DNA from: Gemmatimonadota bacterium | Lineage (GTDB): Bacteria > Latescibacterota > UBA2968 > UBA8231 | Direction of reading: 5' to 3' | NCBI GenBank assembly: GCA_018672475.1 | Contig: JABHFS010000116.1 | Coordinates: 621-64,620, forward strand | DNA: 64,000 nucleotides | Part shown: piece after piece, positions 45,670 to 54,451 of the stretch | Numbering within the stretch: the first letter of the stretch is position 1 | Layout: each line of letters opens with the position of its first letter | Translations under genes and position numbers: made by a program | Notes under the pieces: generated by a model | The model's database searches: none | Seen by the model: only the letters and a program-made list of their open reading frames with translations | What the model was told of the DNA's origin: nothing

Positions 45670-47724
45670 TCAATAAGTCAGCGAGAAGAAACCTATGTTG
45701 TGTTGGTCGGCGATGGCGTCGACGGATAGCCTGTAGATATAGGTCCCCGGTGGCAGCAGCTGACCGTCGGGGCCGCGGCCGGCCCAATGGCGGGTGAACT
45801 CGCCGCTTTGTGAACGCAAAGGATCGAGCGTGGCGACCTGCGCGCCGGCGAGGTTGAATATGTGCACGGTAATCGGCCGCGGTTGTGTAACTTCGCGCAA
45901 TTTATAGGCCACTGTCAAGACATCGTTAATGCCGTCGCCGTTGGGTGTGAATACTTTGGGATCGACGCGGACGGCGGCAAAGAGGGCGCCGCCGATCGGG
46001 GTCTGTACGGCGAGGGCGTCGCCGGAGAAGCGGAATGTCGCGTTGCCGGGCCGGACGTTCTGCTTGATCTGGTCGGGATCGGCGCTGTCGTAGATCCAGC
46101 TGTTGAAAGGCGCTCCGAAGCGCAGTACCGAGGTGTCGAAGACGACCTCTATCTGTTTGAACGAATCGTCAGTGCCGATCAGTTTTGGAAAGCTGACGAC
46201 GATGCGGTCGTCGAGGATCTGGGCGGGAAAGTCGCCGTCGCCGTCGAGGGTGAAGGGGATTTCGACGGCGTCGACGACGACGGATCTCAGGGTGGTGGCG
46301 CGGGTATGGGTGAGGATTTCCAGGCGGTCGAAACCGAGATCGCTTTCGTTGAGCGTCGGCCGAACCACATAAGTGAAGGTCTGCGGTGCAAAGGAGTTGA
46401 CCTCGGTGGGCCAGATTTCACCGACGACCTCGCTGGCGGCAGGAGCTTCACTAAAATGCAGGCTCAACTGGTCGAGGCGGGGGGCGGAGTTGAGGGTGCT
46501 GAATAGGCGGACGGCGATCTGTATATAGCGGCTGGGGCTGGGGGAGGTCAGGGGAGTCCCGTCGCGCCAGGCGGCGGCGGTTATGGTTTCATCGCGCCAG
46601 CCGGCTGCAAAATCGTAGGGCGGTGACCAGAAGCTCCAGTTATCGGTGTCGTAGATGGTCGGGCGGCGGCCTCTGGGGTCGATTTTCTCGTATTGTTCTA
46701 GGGTGATGGGGACGATGTCCCCGTTGGTGTTTTTGTCGAAATAGAGGCTGGGGTCCGGGGTCTGGCCGGTGCGGGTGCGGATTTCGATGCGGGTGCCCGC
46801 CGGCAGTTCGCCGCTCCAGCGGATCTTGTCCCAACTGACGGTCTGGCCGAAATCGAGAATCTGGGAGAGGTAAACGGTTTTGGCGACATACCCTTCGCCA
46901 TAGACCTCGAATTCGGCGATCTCCCAGTTGCTCAACGGGAAAGTGCGCAGGGTGAGCCAGCGGATCGAGCGGGTGTTAAAACGGTAATCGACGACGATAT
47001 CGAGGTTTTCGCGGGTCGACTGGATAATGTCGAGGTTGGCCCCTTGGGGGGCTTGGGCGCTGTCGGCGACTCGTATCTCGTACCACTTGACGTAATTGTC
47101 GGCGAAACTGGTTTCGGGAAAGCGTGCGAATGGAATTTGCGGGGCGCTAAGCCCCTCGATCAGCGTCCGGTCGTCCTCCGGGCCGAGTCGGGGATAAAAG
47201 CGCACGCGGTTTACGGGCACGTCGGCGCCGAAATCGAAGGGACAGCCGCAGGCCCAACCCTCGCCGATCCCCGGTCGGCTGTTGGGGTCTTGGGTAAAGC
47301 GACGGAAGTGGGCGGTTTTGGGGTCGCCATCGAGCATTTTGAACAAGTTGAAGTTCTGGCCTTGGCCGCCGTGCGAGGTGCCGCCGGTATAGGGCAATGG
47401 GATAGGGGTCGAGCCGGCTCCCAGGTTGGTCTCGGGGTCGGCTCCCACTAAGTTGACCGTGGGGTCGATAAAACGGGGCTGGATCGAATTGGCGGAGAAA
47501 TCGATCAGCGTATCGGTGCCGGCGCCGTGCGGCGTGATACCGACGGGCATCGAGCGCAAGAGTTGGCCGTCCTGGTCGAAGACCTGGTAGGAGCCGGCGT
47601 TCTCCTCTCCTAACGCGTCCTGCCAGGCATTGCCATCAGGGCCGCCAAGGTGGTATTCGGTACGGCCCAAAGCCGGTGTCGCTGTGAGCAGGGCGCAATG
47701 CAGCAAAAGGTAGATACGGCGCAT
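45670..47724 (-). CDS. Secreted discoidin-like + FlgD/CHU_C-tail protein (paralog 4)
   Basis: Signal peptide; YHLGG.DG.AW, MLDGDP, FDFG...RVRFYPR, EFEVYGEGY, FTPNGDGIND; ends FSLTY. Confidence 0.82.
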   Translation of the reverse strand: MRRIYLLLHCALLTATPALGRTEYHLGGPDGNAWQDALGEENAGSYQVFDQDGQLLRSMPVGITPHGAGTDTLIDFSANSIQPRFIDPTVNLVGADPETNLGAGSTPIPLPYTGGTSHGGQGQNFNLFKMLDGDPKTAHFRRFTQDPNSRPGIGEGWACGCPFDFGADVPVNRVRFYPRLGPEDDRTLIEGLSAPQIPFARFPETSFADNYVKWYEIRVADSAQAPQGANLDIIQSTRENLDIVVDYRFNTRSIRWLTLRTFPLSNWEIAEFEVYGEGYVAKTVYLSQILDFGQTVSWDKIRWSGELPAGTRIEIRTRTGQTPDPSLYFDKNTNGDIVPITLEQYEKIDPRGRRPTIYDTDNWSFWSPPYDFAAGWRDETITAAAWRDGTPLTSPSPSRYIQIAVRLFSTLNSAPRLDQLSLHFSEAPAASEVVGEIWPTEVNSFAPQTFTYVVRPTLNESDLGFDRLEILTHTRATTLRSVVVDAVEIPFTLDGDGDFPAQILDDRIVVSFPKLIGTDDSFKQIEVVFDTSVLRFGAPFNSWIYDSADPDQIKQNVRPGNATFRFSGDALAVQTPIGGALFAAVRVDPKVFTPNGDGINDVLTVAYKLREVTQPRPITVHIFNLAGAQVATLDPLRSQSGEFTRHWAGRGPDGQLLPPGTYIYRLSVDAIADQHNIGFFSLTY

Positions 47725-47743
47725 GGGTGTTCCCTCGTCGGGG

Positions 47744-48748
47744 CTATATTTTAATCGTCCGCTGGCCTTTACCTGCTTTGAGCACGGCGGTCGCGATTTC
47801 GAGCGCGGCGATGCCGTCGGTGCCAGTGACTAGGGGTTGCTCGTTGCGGGCAAAGCATTTGACCACGTGCTTGGCCTGCTCGGTGAACATGTCCTTGAGT
47901 GGGTAGGTGTGCACTTTTTCGCGCCCCTTACTCGTTTTGACGGTGAAGGCCCCGTGTTTTTTGTGGTCGAATGAGGCGGGGGCCTTTTGCGCGGTCATGC
48001 CGAATTGCAGGCTGCCTTTGGGCCCGATGATATCGTTGAGCCGGTCGACGGCGGTGCCCTCGGCCATGCCCCAGGACCAGATCAGGGTATGTTGGTCGCC
48101 GCTGGCAAAATTTATGATCGCACTGGCGGTGTCGGCGCCGACGCTAGTCGGGTCGAATTGCAGTGAGGAGGCCTGTGCCGAAGCGGCAGGTCCGAAGATC
48201 TGCAGGGCGAAGTCGTAGTTGTGCACGGCGCCGTCGATCAGTGGGCCGCCGCCCTTGTTGACGTCGCGGAACCAGGCGGGGCCGGGACGGCCGCCGGAGG
48301 CGAAGCGCCAGATGACGGGGCGGCCTAGGGCGCCGGACTGGACGATCTGCTTGAGCTTGCCCCATTGGCTGTCGAAGCGGCGCACAAAACCGATGGTGAG
48401 CCGGACATTCGCCTGTTCGCAGGCGCGCAGCATGCGCCGGGCGTCGGGCAGGTTGAGCGCCATCGGCTTTTCGCAGAAGACGTGTTTGCCTGCCTTGGCG
48501 GCGGCGATGACCGGGGCGGGGTGTTGGAAGGTGGGGGTGCAGACCCAGACGGCGTCTAAGTCGGGCAAGTCGAGCATTCGGCGATAGTCGGTCGTGTGGT
48601 ACTCGGCGCCAAAATCGCTGGCAAAACTGTTGGCCGCGGCGGCGATGACGTCGGAGACGGCGAGGATTCGCGCGCCTTTTATCTGAGTTAAACGTGCGGC
48701 ATGATGGCGGGCGATACCGCCACCGCCGATAAAACCGATATTGAGCAT
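47744..48748 (-). CDS. Gfo/Idh/MocA family oxidoreductase
   Basis: IGFIGGGGIA, CTPTFQH, HVFCEKP, GGPLIDGAVH. Confidence 0.92.
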   Translation of the reverse strand: MLNIGFIGGGGIARHHAARLTQIKGARILAVSDVIAAAANSFASDFGAEYHTTDYRRMLDLPDLDAVWVCTPTFQHPAPVIAAAKAGKHVFCEKPMALNLPDARRMLRACEQANVRLTIGFVRRFDSQWGKLKQIVQSGALGRPVIWRFASGGRPGPAWFRDVNKGGGPLIDGAVHNYDFALQIFGPAASAQASSLQFDPTSVGADTASAIINFASGDQHTLIWSWGMAEGTAVDRLNDIIGPKGSLQFGMTAQKAPASFDHKKHGAFTVKTSKGREKVHTYPLKDMFTEQAKHVVKCFARNEQPLVTGTDGIAALEIATAVLKAGKGQRTIKI

Positions 48749-48838
48749 GAGAATCTCCTGTTGTGCGTGTAGGGCGGGATAATGCAGATTTTAACTGGTT
48801 TAGGCAAGATCCTTTTCTTATTATAGGCGCTCGGTTAT

Positions 48839-48856
48839 TAACGGAAATAACGGAAA
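48839..48856. promoter_or_regulatory. Tandem direct repeat TAACGGAAA x2, possible regulator site
   Basis: Perfect 9-bp duplication in a divergent intergenic region. Confidence 0.3.
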
Positions 48857-48934
48857 GCGATCTCGAAAATACCAGTGCACCGCAAATGCGGACTGTCAGC
48901 ACAGCACACGGAGATTGCTTTTAAGGACAAGGCA

Positions 48935-49076
48935 ATGGAACCGTGCATTCTGGTATCTGAGACGACAATATAACGGGCCTCTCATTATTCCTACATTGCA
49001 GAAGGGCGGTTATCGGGTGTCGTGGGCGGTAGACGGGGAGCAGTGTTTGGAATTGGTGCGTGCCATCACTACATAA
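48935..49076 (+). pseudogene. Decayed response-regulator receiver domain (N-terminal half)
   Basis: Joining across two frameshifts gives MEPCILVSE/DDNITGLSLFL/LQKGGYRVSWAVDGEQCLELVR; AAGGA RBS. Confidence 0.65.
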
Positions 49077-49086
49077 GGAAGAGCCA

Positions 49087-50019
49087 ATGACAGCTACCAC
49101 CGCGATGCCTGCCGAAACGGCGATTTTTCATCCCGAACAGCGCGCCGACCACGGTTACTTTCGCTTATGGGGTACTAGGGGGTCAATCCCGGTCTCGGGG
49201 CCCAACTACGCCCGGCACGGTGGGAATACCTCCTGTATGGAGATCGGTTGTGGAGCCGACCGCATCATCTTTGACGCGGGCTCCGGGATCCGCGAGTTAG
49301 GGCTCTCGGTGATGGCCGAGCCGCCGCACAAGGTCCATCTCTTCATAACCCACACGCATTGGGACCATATTCAGGGTTTCCCTTTTTTCCTCCCATCTTT
49401 CGTGCCGGGATTCGCAATAGACGTCTACGCGCCACCGAATATAGACACGGACATCGAGTCTATTTTTCGTGGCCAATTGGATCGCGCCTATTTCCCGGTC
49501 CAAATGGAGGATATGCAGGCCAAATTCGAGTTCAAGGTCCTCGGCGAGGAAACGGTGCAGATCGGGGACGTGAAGATTGACTGGGAGTATACTCTACATC
49601 CGGGGGCGACCGTCGGCTATAGGATCGACATCAAGGGAAAGACTCTGGCTTATATTCCAGACAACGAGTTCCTCAAGGGCTATCTCGGGCCGCCGGACGA
49701 GGCGCCGAAGCAGGACATCGATACGGTGCACGCGAAGTTGCTCGAATTACTCAACGGGGTCGATGTGCTGATCCACGAAGCTCAGTATACCGCCGAGGAA
49801 TACGCCGACAAAATCGGCTGGGGGCACTCATCGGTTCCCAATACCTGCATTTTGGCGAAGATAGCCGAGGTCGGGCGGTGGATCGCAATTCACCACGATC
49901 CCACGCATTCGGATGAATTCCTGCAGGACAAGCTCAATCTCACGCGGCAGGTGCTGCGCGAGATTGAGTGTCCGATCGAAGTCGTGCACGGCTATGACGG
50001 GATGATGGACTATTTATAG
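49087..50019 (+). CDS. MBL-fold metallohydrolase (phosphodiesterase-like)
   Basis: WGTRGSIP, GGNTSC, DAGSG, THTHWDHIQG, GWGHS, HHDP. Confidence 0.9.
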   Translation: MTATTAMPAETAIFHPEQRADHGYFRLWGTRGSIPVSGPNYARHGGNTSCMEIGCGADRIIFDAGSGIRELGLSVMAEPPHKVHLFITHTHWDHIQGFPFFLPSFVPGFAIDVYAPPNIDTDIESIFRGQLDRAYFPVQMEDMQAKFEFKVLGEETVQIGDVKIDWEYTLHPGATVGYRIDIKGKTLAYIPDNEFLKGYLGPPDEAPKQDIDTVHAKLLELLNGVDVLIHEAQYTAEEYADKIGWGHSSVPNTCILAKIAEVGRWIAIHHDPTHSDEFLQDKLNLTRQVLREIECPIEVVHGYDGMMDYL

Positions 50020-50236
50020 CTAAGTCGGTTCGTTGAGGATCTGGCGTAGGATGCGGATGAAATGTTCTTGTTTGATCGGTTTGACCAGCACCGCGTCGGC
50101 TTTCTTAGCGATATCATTATCTGCTCAGTGCCCGCTACGAGAGTATCATCTTAAGCTCGAGGTGGCGGTGCGCAGTTGTTGCAGGGCTTCGTCGCCTGAC
50201 ATGGCGCGGCATCGACATGTCCAACACGACTAGGTC
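50020..50236 (-). pseudogene. Decayed response-regulator receiver domain (C-terminal part)
   Basis: DLVVLDMSMP / MSGDEALQQLR / ELKMILS.../ KKADAVLVKPIKQEHFIRILRQIL* with frameshifts and stops. Confidence 0.7.
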
Positions 50237-50357
50237 TTTCTTGTTGCCGCAGTGTTCATTCATGGCTTGGGGCAACTCGCTGGCGGCGGTGCAAGGTCCT
50301 TCTTAGTTAAAAAAACCTTTTGCGGGACAAAATCGCATTTCCCCCCCCAGTATATTT

Positions 50358-51164
50358 TCAACTGGCCCCTTCCATTTTTTCGCGTGCTTTAATCTCGTCC
50401 CAGATCGCATCCAGCTCTTGTAGTGACAACGCGCTGATTTCTCTCCCGCTCGTTCGCACGGCCTCCTCGAGTGCACGGAAACGGCGCTCGAATTTGTCGG
50501 TCGATTGTCTGAGGGCTTGCTCGGAATCGACATTGAGGAAGCGGCCGGTATTGACCAGGGCAAAGAGCAAATCGCCGAACTCGTCTTCGATGGCTGGTGT
50601 TTCACCCGATGCCCAGGCTTGGCGTAGCTCGGCGAATTCTTCCTCGACCTTGTCGAGGGGACCCGCGATTTGGTCCCAGTCGAAACCCTGGCGCGAAACG
50701 CGGGCTTGCATTCGCTGGGCGCGCATTAGGGCGGGCAGTTGTTTGGGGATGCCGTCGAGAAGTGATGGCGTTGCATCTCCCAGTTCTTGTCGTTCTTGCT
50801 TTTTGATCTGTTCCCAATTCTGCAAGACCTGCTCGGACCCGTCCACCTCCACATCGGCAAAAACGTGGGGGTGGCGACGGATGAGCTTGTCGACGATAGC
50901 GCGAGCTACTTCCTCGATGCCGAAGCGATTTTCCTCGGCGGCGATCTGGGCGTGAAAGACGACTTGCAGCAGTACATCGCCCAGTTCCTTGCAGAGTTCG
51001 TCATCGTCGCCGATATCAATCGCTTCGAGCGCCTCATACGTCTCTTCTAGCAAATAGGGTTTGAGCGTGGCGTGGGTCTGTTCGCGGTCCCAGGGGCAAC
51101 CGTTCGGGGCCCGTAGACGCGCCATGACCTCGACTAATTCGGTGAAACTCGATTCACTGTTCAT
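50358..51164 (-). CDS. mazG: Nucleoside triphosphate pyrophosphohydrolase MazG
   Basis: LRAPNGCPWDREQTH, EETYE, ELGDVLLQVVFHA, KLIRRHPHVF, EFGDLLF. Confidence 0.95.
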   Translation of the reverse strand: MNSESSFTELVEVMARLRAPNGCPWDREQTHATLKPYLLEETYEALEAIDIGDDDELCKELGDVLLQVVFHAQIAAEENRFGIEEVARAIVDKLIRRHPHVFADVEVDGSEQVLQNWEQIKKQERQELGDATPSLLDGIPKQLPALMRAQRMQARVSRQGFDWDQIAGPLDKVEEEFAELRQAWASGETPAIEDEFGDLLFALVNTGRFLNVDSEQALRQSTDKFERRFRALEEAVRTSGREISALSLQELDAIWDEIKAREKMEGAS

Positions 51165-51547
51165 TCCCGCTCCTGCTCCAGTTCGGTGTATTTGAGATTT
51201 TTGCCGCGCGCTTCGGCAATCGGGTAGCGCGCGGCGGATATTTTGAGCTTTTCCTCGAAAGTGGAAGCGGTGTCGAGACCGAAGCGATCGCACATCAATA
51301 AAACAAAATACAGGATATCTGCTAGTTCGTGGCCGATATCCTTTAATGAGGCCTCGTCTTTCAGTCGCGCTTCGGTATCGGCCTCGCTCTGGAAGCGGAA
51401 ATGTTCGAGCAACTCGGCCGCTTCGACGGACAGGCCGATCGCCAGGTCCTTGGGGGTATGGAATTGCTCCCAGTCGCGCTCTTTGACGAAGTTGCGAATT
51501 TGCTCTTTGAGTTGGGCGATTGTGCAGGTTTGGTCAGTGGTGTTCAC
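51161..51547 (-). CDS. Single-domain MazG-like (dCTP pyrophosphatase-type) hydrolase
   Basis: RDWEQFHTPKDLA...EAAELLE, ELADI; 4-nt overlap with mazG. Confidence 0.9.
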   Translation of the reverse strand: MNTTDQTCTIAQLKEQIRNFVKERDWEQFHTPKDLAIGLSVEAAELLEHFRFQSEADTEARLKDEASLKDIGHELADILYFVLLMCDRFGLDTASTFEEKLKISAARYPIAEARGKNLKYTELEQERE

Positions 51548-52040
51548 GATACCTCACTCCTCGAGTGGTAGGGATTTGGGTGAAGAGAATATAGGGTGAA
51601 TCCAGGAGGCGCGCGTGGGCCTGTTTGGCGGGGTCAAGGGCTTGTGAGGCGTCGAAGGTGGCGAAGAGGGATCGGTAGGAAAAGTCCGGGTCGACTTCGA
51701 TCACCACTTGCAGGGAGTGGGATGGGGGCGGTTGTGGGCTGGGAAAATCGAAGATCCATGTGCCGCCGGCGGGAAAGTGTGTCGTAGGTCACAGTATCGG
51801 CGGTGACTGTGTCCGATATAGTTGGGGCTGGATACGCAGATTGAGGGCAAAAGCCGCTTCATCGGCTACTGTGGTGGCCGTCAGCAGCAAGCCGCACCAC
51901 AAATGGTCGGTGTCGGACGAACAGCATGGGGCCTCAATCCGCGCGCTGTGAACAGGGCGGTCAATGTGCTAAAAATGCGGGAACTTATTTTTTGTCGAGA
52001 TGTTTGAAATAGATAGCGTTCGACTAGCAGGAGGTAGCGT

Positions 52041-52919
52041 GTGGCGACCAAAAAAGTGGCTAAGACAACGATCAAAAGAAAGCTTCGATCCGGAGAGGGC
52101 GACCCGGTATTGGCCAGTTACTTGGACGATATTTCCGATTCGACGCCTTTGGCGGCTGCCGAGGAGGCCGAGTTGGCAGCCCGGATTCGCGCTGGCGATG
52201 AATCTGCTCGCAATGAGTTAGTAGAAGCGAATCTCCGTTTCGTAGTTTCGGTCGCCAAGGAATATCAAAACCGCGGACTCTCGCTAGTCGAGTTAATCAG
52301 CGCCGGCAATGTGGGGCTGATCACGGCATCGGAGCGTTTCGATGAGACTCGGGGGTTCAAGTTTATCTCCTATGCCGTATGGTGGGTGCGCCAATCTATT
52401 CTGCAGGCGCTAATGGAGCAGTCCACGGTGCGAATACCGGTCAATCGCCTGGATATGCTATCTAAGATATCCCGCACCTATGAGGCTTTGCAGCAAGATG
52501 GCAGTGTGCCCAGTATGGAGAAGGTTGCGGATACGTTGGGGTTTTCGCAGGATAAAGTCGAACAGACGTTGGTCGACAACCAGCCGATTCGCTCGCTTGA
52601 CGCGCCCTTTGAAGACGGCGAAGAACGTTGCTTGCTCGATTATCTGAGTCTCGAGGGGCAACTCACCCCCGAAGACGAGGTATTGGTTTTCACGCTCAGG
52701 GAAGACATCGACAATGTGCTCGGTGGTCTCAACGAACGCGAGGCCGAGGTTTTGCGGCTTTATTTTGGTTTGCTCAACGAGCCCTCGTTGACGCTCAATC
52801 AGATCGGAGGGCGTTTTCAGTTAACCCGTGAGCGGGTGCGCCAAATTAAAGAAATTGCGCTCAGCAAGTTGCGCCATCCCCGTTTTCACGCCAGACTGCG
52901 AGCCCACGCAGGCGCATAA
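52041..52919 (+). CDS. Sigma70 factor, RpoD/SigA family lacking region 1.1
   Basis: ANLRFVVSVAK, RGFKFISYAVWW, LTRERVRQIKE; GGAGG RBS. Confidence 0.93.
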   Translation: MATKKVAKTTIKRKLRSGEGDPVLASYLDDISDSTPLAAAEEAELAARIRAGDESARNELVEANLRFVVSVAKEYQNRGLSLVELISAGNVGLITASERFDETRGFKFISYAVWWVRQSILQALMEQSTVRIPVNRLDMLSKISRTYEALQQDGSVPSMEKVADTLGFSQDKVEQTLVDNQPIRSLDAPFEDGEERCLLDYLSLEGQLTPEDEVLVFTLREDIDNVLGGLNEREAEVLRLYFGLLNEPSLTLNQIGGRFQLTRERVRQIKEIALSKLRHPRFHARLRAHAGA

Positions 52920-52951
52920 GTTTAGACCTAGACCAATAAGAATAACATTGT

Positions 52952-52990
52952 AAAGCGGTGCACTCCCTGTCGAGTGCACCGCTTTTTTTT
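52952..52990 (+). terminator. Rho-independent terminator
   Basis: AAAGCGGTGCACTC-CCTGTC-GAGTGCACCGCTTT plus T tract. Confidence 0.88.
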
Positions 52991-53153
52991 GGGCGGTACG
53001 CATTTTGCGATGTATAGCACTAGGTGCCTTTGCGAGCAGTTCTGCTGCTTATCTTTCCGCCTATGCGAGACAAGTGGAAAAAATGACCAATTTACCTATC
53101 TCATTCTGCTGCCGATATATAGAAGAATAGAAGGAAAAGGAAAGGAGCTATAC

Positions 53154-53267
53154 ATGGATTCGACCGATTCGATACGCTCGTCGCGCCGGGTGGGCATTGG
53201 GGCTTTCCTCTTTGTTGCTACAAGTCTTTCACTGGGCGCTTTGTTGGCCATTTTATCTAATGGATAA
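53154..53267 (+). CDS. Putative 37-aa single-pass membrane microprotein
   Basis: AAGGAG RBS 7 nt upstream; MDSTDSIRSSRR then a roughly 22-aa hydrophobic stretch. Confidence 0.45.
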   Translation: MDSTDSIRSSRRVGIGAFLFVATSLSLGALLAILSNG

Positions 53268-53332
53268 GTTGTTGTTATATATTGATTTGTAGTAATTTAT
53301 CTATCTATATTTTACCTAATTGCAACAATCTC

Positions 53333-53361
53333 TTGACGGGCTCTGAGGGCCGCCTTATATT
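53333..53361 (+). promoter_or_regulatory. Putative sigma70 promoter for parA
   Basis: TTGACG-N17-TATATT. Confidence 0.55.
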
Positions 53362-53558
53362 GATTTCTGAGGCGGTGATTAGGGCCTTCTGTATCTTCTC
53401 TTTGTACAGAATCCGGTATTATTTCCATCCCCTTGGAGATTCCGGGCGGCCCGCTTAACCTGTTGCTTAGCAATGTGTACGAGTCTGTTTTTTTAGCACT
53501 GATTCGTACGTTTCTGGTTAAGTCTGAATGAGAGACTTAACTTGGGCAAAGTGTAGGT

Positions 53559-54317
53559 ATGGGAAAAATCATCGCTATCGCTAATCAAAAAGGCGGAGTA
53601 GGCAAGACAACAACGGCTATTAATTTAGCTGCTTGTTTGGCCCTATCCGGCCATCGCACCTTGCTTATCGACCTAGATCCACAGGCCAATGCTACATCTG
53701 GTTGCGGCACCGGGATCGGCAGTAAGCAGGCTTCGACCTATGAAGTCTTGCTGGGGCAGGTAAGTGTTCGCGCAGCAGCAGCTTCCACTGATATAGAAAA
53801 CCTTTTTATGGTCCCCGGGCATATTCGCTTGGCCGGTGCCGAAGTCGAGATGGCTTCGATGATCGGTCGCGACAAGCGTTTGGCCGAGGCACTGCGTCCG
53901 GTGGCTGATAGTTACGAATATGTACTTATTGATTGCCCGCCGTCGTTGGGATTGCTTACGGTCAATGCGCTGACTGCGGCCAATTCAGTACTCATTCCCC
54001 TACAGTGTGAATACTACGCTTTAGAAGGGGTGAGCAAACTCGATGCTTCGATTCGTCTTGTGCAGCGCTATCTCAATCCCAACCTGGAGATTGAAGGCGT
54101 CTTGTTGACGCTCTATGACGACCGCTTGCAACTTTGCCGTCGAGTTGCCGAAGAGGCGCGTAAATATTTTGGTGAAAAAGTCTACGAGACTATTATTCGC
54201 CGAAGTATCAGCCTAGCTGAAGCCCCGGGTTTTGGTCAACCCATCGCGCTATATGATCCAGGTTCAAGAGGTACGGATAATTACAATAGCTTGGCCTCTG
54301 AGGTTTCTGCGGGTTAG
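53559..54317 (+). CDS. parA: ParA/Soj family ATPase
   Basis: [39 protein letters not shown]. Confidence 0.93.
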   Translation: MGKIIAIANQKGGVGKTTTAINLAACLALSGHRTLLIDLDPQANATSGCGTGIGSKQASTYEVLLGQVSVRAAAASTDIENLFMVPGHIRLAGAEVEMASMIGRDKRLAEALRPVADSYEYVLIDCPPSLGLLTVNALTAANSVLIPLQCEYYALEGVSKLDASIRLVQRYLNPNLEIEGVLLTLYDDRLQLCRRVAEEARKYFGEKVYETIIRRSISLAEAPGFGQPIALYDPGSRGTDNYNSLASEVSAG

Positions 54318-54375
54318 TTGTTTGGTCCAATGATCGCCTTTCCTACGCCCAATTATTCAAAAGAGCATATTTAGC

Positions 54376-54402
54376 TTGACGCGGCCCTTTTTTTGCTATA
54401 GT
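54376..54402 (+). promoter_or_regulatory. Putative promoter for the sigma54 activator gene
   Basis: TTGACG ... extended -10 TGCTATAGT; spacer is short (15 nt). Confidence 0.35.
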
Positions 54403-54451
54403 ATATGCATTATTGTATATTTAGATGCATAAATTGCGATTTTGAGAAAGG

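Noticed and set aside
31924-47724. Flagellar assignment from FlgD-like tails
   Set aside because: Only the C-terminal Ig-like domain matches; the proteins have Sec signals and no flagellar genes are present
51678-51690. GGAAAAGTCCGGG resembles the RNase P RNA 5' motif GAGGAAAGTCCGGG
   Set aside because: It has an extra A, and I found no matching 3' motif (ACAGAACCCGGCTTA-like) or P1 pairing downstream
51548-52040. Long intergenic region with protein-like minus-strand stretches (WIFDFPSP...VVIEVDPDFSYR)
   Set aside because: No start codon in frame and no recognisable family; a decayed gene cannot be supported
53268-53558. AT-rich region beside parA as a possible replication origin
   Set aside because: No cluster of DnaA boxes or parS palindrome seen, and no dnaA/parB nearby
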